63,019 nt of DNA. Source: a virus (taxonomy: Duplodnaviria; Caudoviricetes). The notes under the pieces were generated by a model, which was given only the letters and a program-made list of their open reading frames with translations, was not told where the DNA came from and did not search any database. Both the position numbers and the translations under genes were made by a program. Location of the stretch: the IMG/VR virus record IMGVR_UViG_3300039668_000014, positions 1 through 63,019 of that record. The stretch is one strand, 5' to 3'. The number at the start of each line of letters is the position of its first letter. The stretch's first letter is position 1. This document shows, piece after piece, positions 37,567 to 46,283 of the stretch.

Positions 37567-39390
37567 TCAGTTATATGCAAAGGTGCAGTCCACTGTGAAA
37601 CCGACCGCCGTCGAACTCTTGAATGGACTTTGGGTCAAGGCCACACTGATGCCGTTGAGGAACTGATCGCCGGGCGGAATCGCGGTGGCACCGCCTTGCG
37701 ATACTGGCGTGCCGGTTATGGTTATCCATTCCTTTGCCAAGGTAGTTCCAACCGTTACCGCAGTCGGGGCGGCATCGAAGATTTGCAGATAGGCCGCCAC
37801 TGGTGTTGCGACTGCTGGCGGTCCTATAGGACGCTGGGCGCAAAATACATGAGCCAATTGGTGGATGCCGACAAGTCCAGGCGTGGGGCCAAGGGGAACC
37901 GATGTGCCTGTCACGGCATAGGCCGATGTCGCCACATAGGCATTGACGTTGGGTGGCGACGGCAAGCTAGGATATGTACCTGTCGCCAGCGTGACGTTCT
38001 GCGGCGATACAATACCACCCACGGTCACATTCAGGGGCGTCGGGCCCGCAAGCGCCACGTTAAGCGGCGTAGCCGGCAATGTAACCGCTAACGGTGTCGG
38101 GCCGGCAATAGCCACGTTAAGCGGTGAGGCTGGCAATGTTACTGCCTGCGGGCTGCCGACCGTAACATTTAGCGGCGTGGGGCCGGCTATCGTGACGTTC
38201 TGCGGACTGGTAATACCGCCCACCGTTACGTTGAGCGGGCTAGACGCCAGTGTGACGTTCAGCGGGGTATTGCCAATCGTGACGTTCTGCGGACTTTGCG
38301 ATTGCGTCACGTTAATCGGCGTGCCGGGAATTGCCACCAGCGTCATATTCAGTGGCGTCTGGGCAATCGTCACATTGAGCGGTGTCGCTGGTAGGCTAGT
38401 GACGAAGGCATTCACTCCACCAACAGAACCAATCGGGGCGACTCCATACGCCGAAATAGACGCTAAATTGGCGCCTTGTTGCTGAACCAGGTTCATAGCC
38501 ACCGGGGAATTGGCGATCGTAACGCCTAGCGGACTGCCTACCGTCACATTGAGTGGCGTCGGACCAGCAATACCAACTGAAATAGGACTGGCCGGCAGTG
38601 TGACTTGCAATGGGGTAGGTGGCGTAACCGCCACGCTGTTCACTACGGCAACGCCAGCCGGGGATGCCGTATTCCCAACCGTAACATTTAATGGCGTAGG
38701 GCCCGCGATACCAACACTGACCGGCGAGGCCGGCAGCGTCACATTCTGGGGTGATACGATGCCGCCTACCGTCACGTTGAGCGGCGTGGGTGGCGTAACC
38801 GCTACGTTATTGACAACGGCCACCCCCGCGGGACTAGCGGTATTGGCCACCGTCACATTCTGTGGCGAAGCACCATTGAACGGTGTCACGCCAAGAGGCG
38901 AATTGACTGTGGTACTGAGGCTGCCAGTCACATTCAGTGGACTGGCCGCTATCGTCACATTCTGCGGCGACGTCCCCGGATTGGTGGTGACGGTTCCAGT
39001 CACCGAAATCGGCGTCAGTACGTTGGCCAATATGCCCTTGAGCGCGGCCACTACCGAGCCGGAACTGAATGGGCTGGTCAATGGACTATCGGCCTTGGCG
39101 CCCTGAGTAGAATTCGCCCCATCGCCGATGCCCACGGAAACCGGCGAGCCAGATAACGTCACGCTGGAATTGCTGAGCGTCACGCTGCCAGGGCTTGCCG
39201 TGGTAAATAGCTCGGACCCCGAACTATTCTGCAGCACCATCGCCGTGCAAGAGGCACTGCCGCAGGCGAATAGGTTGATGTTGTATGGGATAGAAAGGTT
39301 GTCTTTGTACTGATATGTGCCAGCCGCCACCAGACCACACATCAGCAGGAAGAACGCAATCGAGTATGCCCATTTAAACCATCGGCTCAT
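37567..39390 (-). CDS. secreted S/T/P/V-rich repeat protein
   Basis: Signal peptide; about 16 copies of P-x-NVT. Confidence 0.7.
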   Translation of the reverse strand: MSRWFKWAYSIAFFLLMCGLVAAGTYQYKDNLSIPYNINLFACGSASCTAMVLQNSSGSELFTTASPGSVTLSNSSVTLSGSPVSVGIGDGANSTQGAKADSPLTSPFSSGSVVAALKGILANVLTPISVTGTVTTNPGTSPQNVTIAASPLNVTGSLSTTVNSPLGVTPFNGASPQNVTVANTASPAGVAVVNNVAVTPPTPLNVTVGGIVSPQNVTLPASPVSVGIAGPTPLNVTVGNTASPAGVAVVNSVAVTPPTPLQVTLPASPISVGIAGPTPLNVTVGSPLGVTIANSPVAMNLVQQQGANLASISAYGVAPIGSVGGVNAFVTSLPATPLNVTIAQTPLNMTLVAIPGTPINVTQSQSPQNVTIGNTPLNVTLASSPLNVTVGGITSPQNVTIAGPTPLNVTVGSPQAVTLPASPLNVAIAGPTPLAVTLPATPLNVALAGPTPLNVTVGGIVSPQNVTLATGTYPSLPSPPNVNAYVATSAYAVTGTSVPLGPTPGLVGIHQLAHVFCAQRPIGPPAVATPVAAYLQIFDAAPTAVTVGTTLAKEWITITGTPVSQGGATAIPPGDQFLNGISVALTQSPFKSSTAVGFTVDCTFAYN

Positions 39391-39599
39391 GGCATACCCA
39401 ATGGTTGTGCGTCAGTGGACGGCGGCGTCGGTGCGGGGAAGGCATTGATGTATTTCGCCCAAGTGCCGCTGGCAAAGGCGATATACATGTTCCCTGAAGC
39501 GTCCCAGACAATCTCGTAGGCAAAGCCGGGGCTCGATGTGTGTGGCGGCACAGTGCTGGTCGGCGTAAACAGCGCATTGCCGCCGATAATCTGTGACAT
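39387..39599 (-). CDS. small paralog 1 of triplet
   Basis: YEIVWDASGNMYIAFASGTWAKY. Confidence 0.6.
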   Translation of the reverse strand: MSQIIGGNALFTPTSTVPPHTSSPGFAYEIVWDASGNMYIAFASGTWAKYINAFPAPTPPSTDAQPLGMP

Positions 39600-39802
39600 C
39601 AGCGCCGCCGTACCGTATCGAAGTCAGGTAGCACCATAAACAGGGGCGTGGTGTATCGCGCCCAAGTATTGGTCTGATAGCAGATATACAGGTTGCCGCT
39701 GCCATCCCAGGCGATTTGGTATGGCGTGCCGGGGCTATTGGAATGCGCCGGAACACTGCCGGCCAGGGTGAATAGGTCGCTGCCACCGACGACTGAGGAC
39801 AT
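39599..39802 (-). CDS. small paralog 2 of triplet
   Basis: YQIAWDGSGNLYICYQTNTWARY. Confidence 0.6.
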   Translation of the reverse strand: MSSVVGGSDLFTLAGSVPAHSNSPGTPYQIAWDGSGNLYICYQTNTWARYTTPLFMVLPDFDTVRRR

Positions 39803-40047
39803 CAGAATGGCGCGGTGTTTGTATACATCGCCCACTGATTGGGCGCGTAGCAGACAAAGAGGTTACCGGCACCGTCAAAGAACACTTCGTAGGGTGTGCC
39901 GGAACTGGTCGCTCCTGGGGGATTATCGTCCACCAGAATGAATGTCGCGGTATCGTCCTGCAGGAACGTAACGCCATCGTCGGCGACAAGACCAATCTGG
40001 TTTGCCTGTAGCCGAAACAGCCCAATGCTGCGAAGGATTGCATTCAT
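39802..40047 (-). CDS. small paralog 3 of triplet
   Basis: YEVFFDGAGNLFVCYAPNQWAMY. Confidence 0.6.
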   Translation of the reverse strand: MNAILRSIGLFRLQANQIGLVADDGVTFLQDDTATFILVDDNPPGATSSGTPYEVFFDGAGNLFVCYAPNQWAMYTNTAPF

Positions 40048-40422
40048 TCACTTGACGGCTACCGAGGGTACCAGCCGAATTAGTTCCAGTGCCGCGTCGT
40101 TATAGTTGTCGCCATGCGAGGCTCGCAGCATGACCAGACCCAGCAGCAAATCCGCACCATGCGGGTCCCAATGCAGCGCCTGGCGCACAAACTCTAGATT
40201 GGAGTAATCGGCATGTAGAATGGTATAATAGGCTGGACCGGAGCGCCTATCCCGACTGAGCGGGAATAGCATCGCCGCCTTGTAGAAGTTGGCCACCCCG
40301 CCCTGCCGCATCCCAATGGCGTAGAAATAGTCCGAGGCGAACGATGTGCTGACGTAGATAAGGACCGCGAGCAAAAAGATGACCCGCACAGATAGCCGCC
40401 AAAGCTGCCGTGACAGGAACAT
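40048..40422 (-). CDS. TM plus TPR-like partner overlapping ligase 1
   Basis: KAAMLFP..RSGPA..QALHWDPH; homologous to 43621-43959. Confidence 0.6.
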   Translation of the reverse strand: MFLSRQLWRLSVRVIFLLAVLIYVSTSFASDYFYAIGMRQGGVANFYKAAMLFPLSRDRRSGPAYYTILHADYSNLEFVRQALHWDPHGADLLLGLVMLRASHGDNYNDAALELIRLVPSVAVK

Positions 40423-41473
40423 AAAGCGGGAAGCCGAAAAGCCCTTCCACGATAAAGACCAGAAGGGCGTAGTGCTCTGGTCTTCGTTCCGAAATGGCCA
40501 GCCGATAAACGAATGCGGCGCAGAGCATTGCGCCAACGATTCCAAGTTCAAAGGTGAGCTGAAGCGCATCGTTATGCGCATTTTCCCAACGTAATTCGAG
40601 CGGACTGGTGTGGTGCTGATACAGCGGAAAGTTCGTTACCCATGACCCTAACCCCTGTCCTGCCAACGTCAAGCCATGTACTGCGTCAACCCACATCTCG
40701 CCGCGGTTGAACAGCGTGTAAAATGCCCCAGTCCATTCGACCGTGAGATATTCGGGATGGATGGCATACATTGCCACTGGCGCGGCCAACAATAGCCCTA
40801 TTGCCGATAGCCTGGAACGACCCCACAGCCACAAAACGCCTGCCACGGCCAGCCCCAATAGGGGCGAGCGGGCACCAAAATACAGCGTCGGCAATACCCC
40901 GGGAACCAACCACCACAATCGATAGCCAATGACCAGGGCCAGGGCCATGCCAGCAGCCTCGCCGGCCATATTGTGATTGAAATACAACCCACCATCGGGG
41001 GTCAGTTGCGGAAACCAGCCCAGAGCATCGAAGTGTTGGGCCACCATGACCGCGGAATTGACCGCCATGCCGATGCCGACCCCAATCGCAACTTTGCGCA
41101 AGTCGGGCATGCCCTTGGCATAGCAATACAGGATGACCAGCAATACGGCATGACAGTATAGGTTAAGCGCTTCATAGCCGACTGGGGCCAGCCAGCCCAT
41201 GACCGCCAGATAAGCCAATAGCGCGATAGCGCCCCAAGACAATTCGAGCCGGAACAGCACATAAGCGCAGACGATTGCCAATAGCGCCCAACGCCCTACC
41301 AAGGCCCCTGACGGTAGGCCTGGCAATACCAGAATGGTCAGGAAGAAGAATACAACACCCACGACCGCGCTACTTCGACGATTGGCCGCCAAACCGATTG
41401 AGAAATTCCTGAAGGCGGCGTAACTCGTCCGCAAGCGGCCCCAATGGGCCAAGCCGCGTAACAACGCTATCAA
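40247..41473 (-). CDS. O-antigen ligase / O-oligosaccharyltransferase-like membrane protein 1 (start uncertain)
   Basis: Many TMs; GLYFNHN, RGEMW, GQGLGSW, NAHNDALQLTFELG (Wzy_C motif), FPL. Confidence 0.85.
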   Translation of the reverse strand: MIALLRGLAHWGRLRTSYAAFRNFSIGLAANRRSSAVVGVVFFFLTILVLPGLPSGALVGRWALLAIVCAYVLFRLELSWGAIALLAYLAVMGWLAPVGYEALNLYCHAVLLVILYCYAKGMPDLRKVAIGVGIGMAVNSAVMVAQHFDALGWFPQLTPDGGLYFNHNMAGEAAGMALALVIGYRLWWLVPGVLPTLYFGARSPLLGLAVAGVLWLWGRSRLSAIGLLLAAPVAMYAIHPEYLTVEWTGAFYTLFNRGEMWVDAVHGLTLAGQGLGSWVTNFPLYQHHTSPLELRWENAHNDALQLTFELGIVGAMLCAAFVYRLAISERRPEHYALLVFIVEGLFGFPLYVPVTAALAAICAGHLFARGPYLRQHIVRLGLFLRHWDAAGRGGQLLQGGDAIPAQSG

Positions 41474-41558
41474 GGCTCACTCGTAGCGCCATTATGCCAT
41501 CCTCAATGCGTTTGAGGCGCTGGTCCTGGCTGATATCCTCGGCAGTGCGGTCGGGCAT
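41370..41558 (-). CDS. small coiled-coil protein
   Basis: GAGGA RBS; QDQRLKRIEDG. Confidence 0.45.
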   Translation of the reverse strand: MPDRTAEDISQDQRLKRIEDGIMALRVSLDSVVTRLGPLGPLADELRRLQEFLNRFGGQSSK

Positions 41559-41571
41559 GGGATATATTCCT

Positions 41572-41922
41572 CTAAGCCTGCTGGGTATAATACGCCGTCC
41601 CGGCAACTGTTACCGCGGAGCCCAAGTTCATGACAAAGTCATTGCCAAGCGTGGTCTGGAACCAAGGTTTGGTGTCGAAGTCCAGTACAATCCCCTCATT
41701 GGTCGAGAAGCTAACTGGGCCGCTGAGCGCGGTACTTGCGCCGTCTTGGAAAGTAATTGTGGTAGCCCCTGCCGCGATGAAGAAAATCTTGTAAATACGG
41801 ATTAGCGTCCCGGCCGTGCCGAATATGACAGTATTGTTGCCGGCACTGGAGATATTGATCGCTACGCTGAGCAGGTCGGCGGCGTCGGCATGGATGTCGA
41901 CCGCGTATTTGGGCCCCGGCAT
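41572..41922 (-). CDS. small beta-sandwich virion-like protein
   Basis: Beta-rich; resembles 42389-42850 (both end in Y-x(0-1)-Y-x-QQ). Confidence 0.55.
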   Translation of the reverse strand: MPGPKYAVDIHADAADLLSVAINISSAGNNTVIFGTAGTLIRIYKIFFIAAGATTITFQDGASTALSGPVSFSTNEGIVLDFDTKPWFQTTLGNDFVMNLGSAVTVAGTAYYTQQA

Positions 41923-42383
41923 TAGCTATTGCCGAAGTCTAGTGCCTGCTTCTTAAGAGCCCGCAGTTCAGATTGGCCGGCATTAACCTCGTTTGTCACA
42001 GCCTGCAATTCGGCCTTCTTGACTCGTATTGCATCATCGCTGGCATAGGCGCGAGCTTCCGCCTCGGCAACTATCCCCTTGGCCTTATTCTCCGCATCCT
42101 TGACTACCTTATCGGCTTCCACTTTGGCGCGCTGCGCCGCATTGAGAATCTGCGAGGTAGCCTTATTGGCGTCTTGATGGCGGGCACTTAGCTGATTCTC
42201 GGACTCGGCCAATTGGTCGCGGGCGGCCTTCAGCTTATCTTGGGTCTTGCTGATTTCCTTGTTCAGGTCGTCATAGGCACTGCGCCCCGCCTGTATCTGC
42301 GTCGTGAGCGCCAGAAGCTCGCCCTTCTTATCCCTTATGTGTTGGGTCGCTTTGGCAATCAGGGCGTCAAGGTCGTCGGCCAT
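41922..42383 (-). CDS. coiled-coil protein
   Basis: Heptad-rich A/K/Q/E sequence. Confidence 0.55.
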   Translation of the reverse strand: MADDLDALIAKATQHIRDKKGELLALTTQIQAGRSAYDDLNKEISKTQDKLKAARDQLAESENQLSARHQDANKATSQILNAAQRAKVEADKVVKDAENKAKGIVAEAEARAYASDDAIRVKKAELQAVTNEVNAGQSELRALKKQALDFGNS

Positions 42384-42388
42384 GGCGG

Positions 42389-42850
42389 CTACCGATTCTG
42401 CTGATAGTAATAGATAATGGCTTGGGTTTGCTGGCTGGCGGTCGTCGTCAGGTTCAGGCCATTGCCGGGCGGTATATAAGCGCCGCGGAAGACCGAGGAG
42501 TTGTCGGAATACGGCACGCCCAGCGTGCTGCTGGTCAGCACGAATTGCGGTGTCAAATGCGGGGTTAGCGCCTGCACGACAACGGCAGGAGTGGGCGCGA
42601 TGGCCACACCACCAACGCCAGTCGAATAGTTCAATGTTACCGTCTGGGCACTGGCGTTCTGGCCAATAATGAACCCGCAAATGTAGATGCCACCCGCAGG
42701 CGGCGGTTTTACCAGCTGCGTCGTACCGAGCTGGTTGGTGTCATAGATGGCTATCGAATTACAATAGGTGGGCGCCCCACCAGTACCGACCTGAGCACTA
42801 GCCGTAGTAGCCCAGATGAGAGCAGCTACTAGCCCTAGTAGGTTGCGCAT
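42389..42850 (-). CDS. secreted beta-sandwich protein
   Basis: Signal peptide LLGLVAALIWATTASA. Confidence 0.6.
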   Translation of the reverse strand: MRNLLGLVAALIWATTASAQVGTGGAPTYCNSIAIYDTNQLGTTQLVKPPPAGGIYICGFIIGQNASAQTVTLNYSTGVGGVAIAPTPAVVVQALTPHLTPQFVLTSSTLGVPYSDNSSVFRGAYIPPGNGLNLTTTASQQTQAIIYYYQQNR

Positions 42851-43144
42851 CTACCACCGCCCCGGCCTGGTGGGCCGTTTGCTAGACGTATAGTCGCGGG
42901 ATGCCCCGGGAACTTGCCGGTCAGCCCTAGGACCATCGCTAAAAATATGCTCTTTGCCAGTACGGCGGCTATAACTCGAGGATGCCCATTCCCGCACATT
43001 GGGCCGCGCAGGCGAGATTGGCACTTCTTCCTCGCCTTGGTATGGCTCCCGCCCACCTGACCCGCCAGGCTCACGAACGCGAGAATGAGCCTCGTCGGAG
43101 CCGTAATGACCAGTTGATGCGGTCTTGGTCAGCTTCTTAGCCAT
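42851..43144 (-). CDS. small disordered protein
   Basis: GAGG RBS; coupled to the next gene. Confidence 0.45.
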   Translation of the reverse strand: MAKKLTKTASTGHYGSDEAHSRVREPGGSGGREPYQGEEEVPISPARPNVREWASSSYSRRTGKEHIFSDGPRADRQVPGASRDYTSSKRPTRPGRW

Positions 43145-43272
43145 TGCGTAACCTCATAAAGGAGCGGCCCTGGCAGCGTTCGCCAGAAAACTGCCAGGAG
43201 CCGCGGGGATGCGGTGATAGTGTGCGGGGGATTCGGCGCTCGGGGAGAACGTCGATTTTTATCACCGCAACC

Positions 43273-43518
43273 TTATGGAAGTTCTGAACCGCCCCATTTG
43301 CGCCGGCCCGGGTCGGCCGAGCCGGACTTATCCATGGCCCCAACCCCAGCGGTTGCGCCAATCTGGGCGCTAACCTTGGTCGTGTGGTTGCCTTTTGAGT
43401 CAGTCCCCGATTCCTGCAGGGACGAGGCCGAACGGCCAGTCTTGACGTCATATGACGGTTCTGACCAATCGCGAAGTGTATCAGGCATGATGATTGTCTC
43501 CTTTGCTACCTGAACCAT
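43273..43518 (-). CDS. small hypothetical protein
   Basis: AAGGAG RBS before the internal MPDT. Confidence 0.4.
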   Translation of the reverse strand: MVQVAKETIIMPDTLRDWSEPSYDVKTGRSASSLQESGTDSKGNHTTKVSAQIGATAGVGAMDKSGSADPGRRKWGGSELP

Positions 43519-43620
43519 AACGTTTCTCGGTCAAGTATTCCTCTGCAGAGATGACGATACCGAGACCTATCGCCAGCACTGCTAACCCCCAGAATATAGT
43601 TATGAACCAACCCGTTGCCG

Positions 43621-43959
43621 TCATTGCCCCATCTGCTTTCGTCTGATTTCCATCTGGCCTCTCCAGGCCTTCAGAAACCGATTATGCGGGTCATACCGCA
43701 GCGCTTGGTCAATAATGGCCTCGCCCTCGCGCCATGTATACCAGACGTTATCGCGAATGACCAATTGCGCAGGCCCCATGCGGTAATAGGAACTATACGG
43801 GAACAGGTCTGCCGCCTTCTGTAACGAGGAAAGGTTTAGATTCTGCGCCCCATCTGTATACGCTCGGTCGGCTATGAAGCTCAGTTCCGCCCACCAGACG
43901 CCGACAACCAACAGCAGCACCCGCCAGGATAGAGGCCACAGCCGCCGTAAAAGGCACAT
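43621..43959 (-). CDS. TM plus TPR-like partner overlapping ligase 2
   Basis: KAADLFP..RMGPA..QALRYDPH. Confidence 0.6.
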   Translation of the reverse strand: MCLLRRLWPLSWRVLLLVVGVWWAELSFIADRAYTDGAQNLNLSSLQKAADLFPYSSYYRMGPAQLVIRDNVWYTWREGEAIIDQALRYDPHNRFLKAWRGQMEIRRKQMGQ

Positions 43960-45013
43960 GTAGCGGGAATCCCACAAGGGCTGTGATACCGATAGCGCTG
44001 AGCGCCAGAAGCTCTGGAAACGGTCCCTGACGATATACAAGCCAGACCAGTCCACCCAGACAAGCAATTCCCGGCAGCCCCAACTCGAAGAGGAACTCGA
44101 GCCCATCGTTATGCGCATGCGCCGTCATAATCCACGTTGGACTGGTCTCGGAACTCAGGGCATCCGAGTGTATCGGGAAATCCACATAGAACTGGCCAAT
44201 CCCATGGCCCAACAATGTCATGCCCTGCCATGCGCCCTGCCATATATCGAAGCGCTGCGGAATGCTGTCCCATGGATGCATGCCCTTGGTAATGGCCAGA
44301 TAAGCGGGAACGAGACACCCGCCTAACAACAGCGCGCCCAGCCCACGCCTTCGTTCTACGCCAATCCATACCGCCAGGCACACAACGAAAGCTATAATCC
44401 CAGCCCGGTTCTGCGACATGAACAAAGCGGGCACTATAAGTGCGGCGAACCAGTATTCTCGCCGTGCCAGCATCAGCACCGCAACCGCGGCACACGACTC
44501 GCCCAGCAGGCTTGGATTGATGAACAACCCCGAGGGATTCTGTGTCCCTACCAAGACTGCGATAACGGGCTGATAGCCCATTTCTTGAATGACGCAGATG
44601 ACCGTTGAGGCCCCTAATCCCGCCGCCAGCCCGCGATAGATCCACTTCGGGTCTTCGACCTCGTGGGCGATGGCAAACAACCCGCCCATCAATGCCAATT
44701 CTAGCCACCCATTAAGCGCGTCGTAAAAGACCTCGGCCCATATCGCAGTAACGGCGGCCCATAACAAGAGGACTATGATGAGCCAATGACTGGGACCGAG
44801 CCGAGGCTTAGTGAAGAATAGGCAAGCCGGTACGGCAATGGCTAGGAATGCCCACCGGCTTGGTTCAGCCGCCCCAGCCATCCCCGGCCAAAACATTGCG
44901 GCCAGGGCAAAGCTGAGAACGAACTGAATTACTGCAACATGAGTTCCCGGTGTCAACGATCGTGGACAATCCGCAATGTCACCGAGCGGCGACATTACTG
45001 CGTTCTGAACCAC
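43793..45013 (-). CDS. O-antigen ligase / O-oligosaccharyltransferase-like membrane protein 2
   Basis: PSGLFINP, QRFDIW, GHGIGQF, HAHNDGLEFLFELG, FPL. Confidence 0.88.
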   Translation of the reverse strand: MVQNAVMSPLGDIADCPRSLTPGTHVAVIQFVLSFALAAMFWPGMAGAAEPSRWAFLAIAVPACLFFTKPRLGPSHWLIIVLLLWAAVTAIWAEVFYDALNGWLELALMGGLFAIAHEVEDPKWIYRGLAAGLGASTVICVIQEMGYQPVIAVLVGTQNPSGLFINPSLLGESCAAVAVLMLARREYWFAALIVPALFMSQNRAGIIAFVVCLAVWIGVERRRGLGALLLGGCLVPAYLAITKGMHPWDSIPQRFDIWQGAWQGMTLLGHGIGQFYVDFPIHSDALSSETSPTWIMTAHAHNDGLEFLFELGLPGIACLGGLVWLVYRQGPFPELLALSAIGITALVGFPLHVPFTAAVASILAGAAVGCRRLVGGTELHSRPSVYRWGAESKPFLVTEGGRPVPV

Positions 45014-45690
45014 CTATTACCGGACAGATTGTAGAGGTAGTCAAATCCGATAGTCGTGGATGATGTCACCGATAGCCCAGTCTGAGCATTCGGTACAACC
45101 GGCGAGAACACCTTGGTAGGCGTATCGACCGATACCGCAACGCCACCGAGCGCGGGCCCCGTCGAAGTGACGTGGATCGTGGTGAGGGTCGCATTAGTCG
45201 CAAACCGAACCAGTTGACCGTCTGTCGGGGTAATCGGCAGGTTCAGCGTATAGTCTGTTACCGTGCCGGTCGCATTCAACACCACGTTGGTAATGCCGTT
45301 CGGGACCGTGGCTGTAACCGCGGCCGAAAGCCCGCCATTGGTGGTCAGCAAGTACGCGCCAGACGCCACCGTGGCCAATGGCAAGAAGCCGGTCTGCACG
45401 CCTGAGCTCGCAGTTCCAGGGCTTGGATATGCTGCCTGGGTACCCTGTGGATTAAGGTCCGAAGGAACAAGCTCGTTGCCAGTCGTGCTTGTCGGGCCAG
45501 CCGGCGCCGTGCTGTTGCACGATACCGTACCGCCACTGGGGACCGATACGCCCGTCGCAGTAGCGCCGGCACAGTATGTCCCGCCGCCTACAACAGGCAA
45601 TCCAAACCACAACCCGCCAGCATATGCCAGGGGGGCAATAACGATGGCCGATAAGGCACCGACCACCGCGATAGTGCGTAGTCTTTGCAT
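44995..45690 (-). CDS. secreted S/T-rich protein
   Basis: Signal peptide ending PLAYA; LNLP..P.DG and terminal W as in 21147-21677. Confidence 0.6.
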   Translation of the reverse strand: MQRLRTIAVVGALSAIVIAPLAYAGGLWFGLPVVGGGTYCAGATATGVSVPSGGTVSCNSTAPAGPTSTTGNELVPSDLNPQGTQAAYPSPGTASSGVQTGFLPLATVASGAYLLTTNGGLSAAVTATVPNGITNVVLNATGTVTDYTLNLPITPTDGQLVRFATNATLTTIHVTSTGPALGGVAVSVDTPTKVFSPVVPNAQTGLSVTSSTTIGFDYLYNLSGNRWFRTQ

Positions 45691-45758
45691 GATAATCTCC
45701 AAAAATGTCAGCTTTGTTACGTCACTGACGGTGGTCGGCTACTCCGCGCCGCGCGGCC

Positions 45759-46196
45759 TTACGCGACAATCTCTAGGCGCTTTTGGTCTTGCGCTTCTTG
45801 TTCAGTCTTTGGCGCTGCAGGCAGTTGCAGCACGGTCGCAGTCTGACCGATCGCCAAAGTTGTCAGCTTGACAATCTGGCCATCCGGTAATTCGAGTGCA
45901 TCGTGATGGGCCGATTGACAGTCCTTGTCGACCTGCCGGAACCGGGCCACGCTATGACCCAGGGACACTCCATCCGCGCTGCTGAAGAAGCCGCCATAAG
46001 AGAACTTGCGAATGGGCTCATCGAAGGCGATTTCGGTGCCAGGCAGCACGCAGACTGCTACGGTATCGTCAATCTCCGCAGTGCACTGGTCGGCAGGGCA
46101 AAATCCCTTCGTACCACGGCCGAAATCTCTCACCGTAAGCTTGTCGGCAACTTGCGCAGGGCGCGATTTCATATGGTTGAGGCTGAAATCACAAAT
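45759..46196 (-). CDS. conserved hypothetical protein, probable ATT start
   Basis: AGGAGG, 5 nt, then ATT TGT GAT TTC AGC; VAVCVLPGTE...HHDALELPDG...VLQLP. Confidence 0.6.
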   Translation of the reverse strand: MCDFSLNHMKSRPAQVADKLTVRDFGRGTKGFCPADQCTAEIDDTVAVCVLPGTEIAFDEPIRKFSYGGFFSSADGVSLGHSVARFRQVDKDCQSAHHDALELPDGQIVKLTTLAIGQTATVLQLPAAPKTEQEAQDQKRLEIVA

Positions 46197-46283
46197 GACA
46201 CCCTCCTATAGCTTTGGCCCCGGTAGCGCATCCGAGGATTATGGATTTACTGCTGCGCCTCAGTCGGCGACTGTATCCGCTCT

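Noticed and set aside
37943-39106. Long + strand ORFs opposite the NVT-repeat and fibre genes
   Set aside because: Antisense shadows of repetitive GC-rich coding sequence
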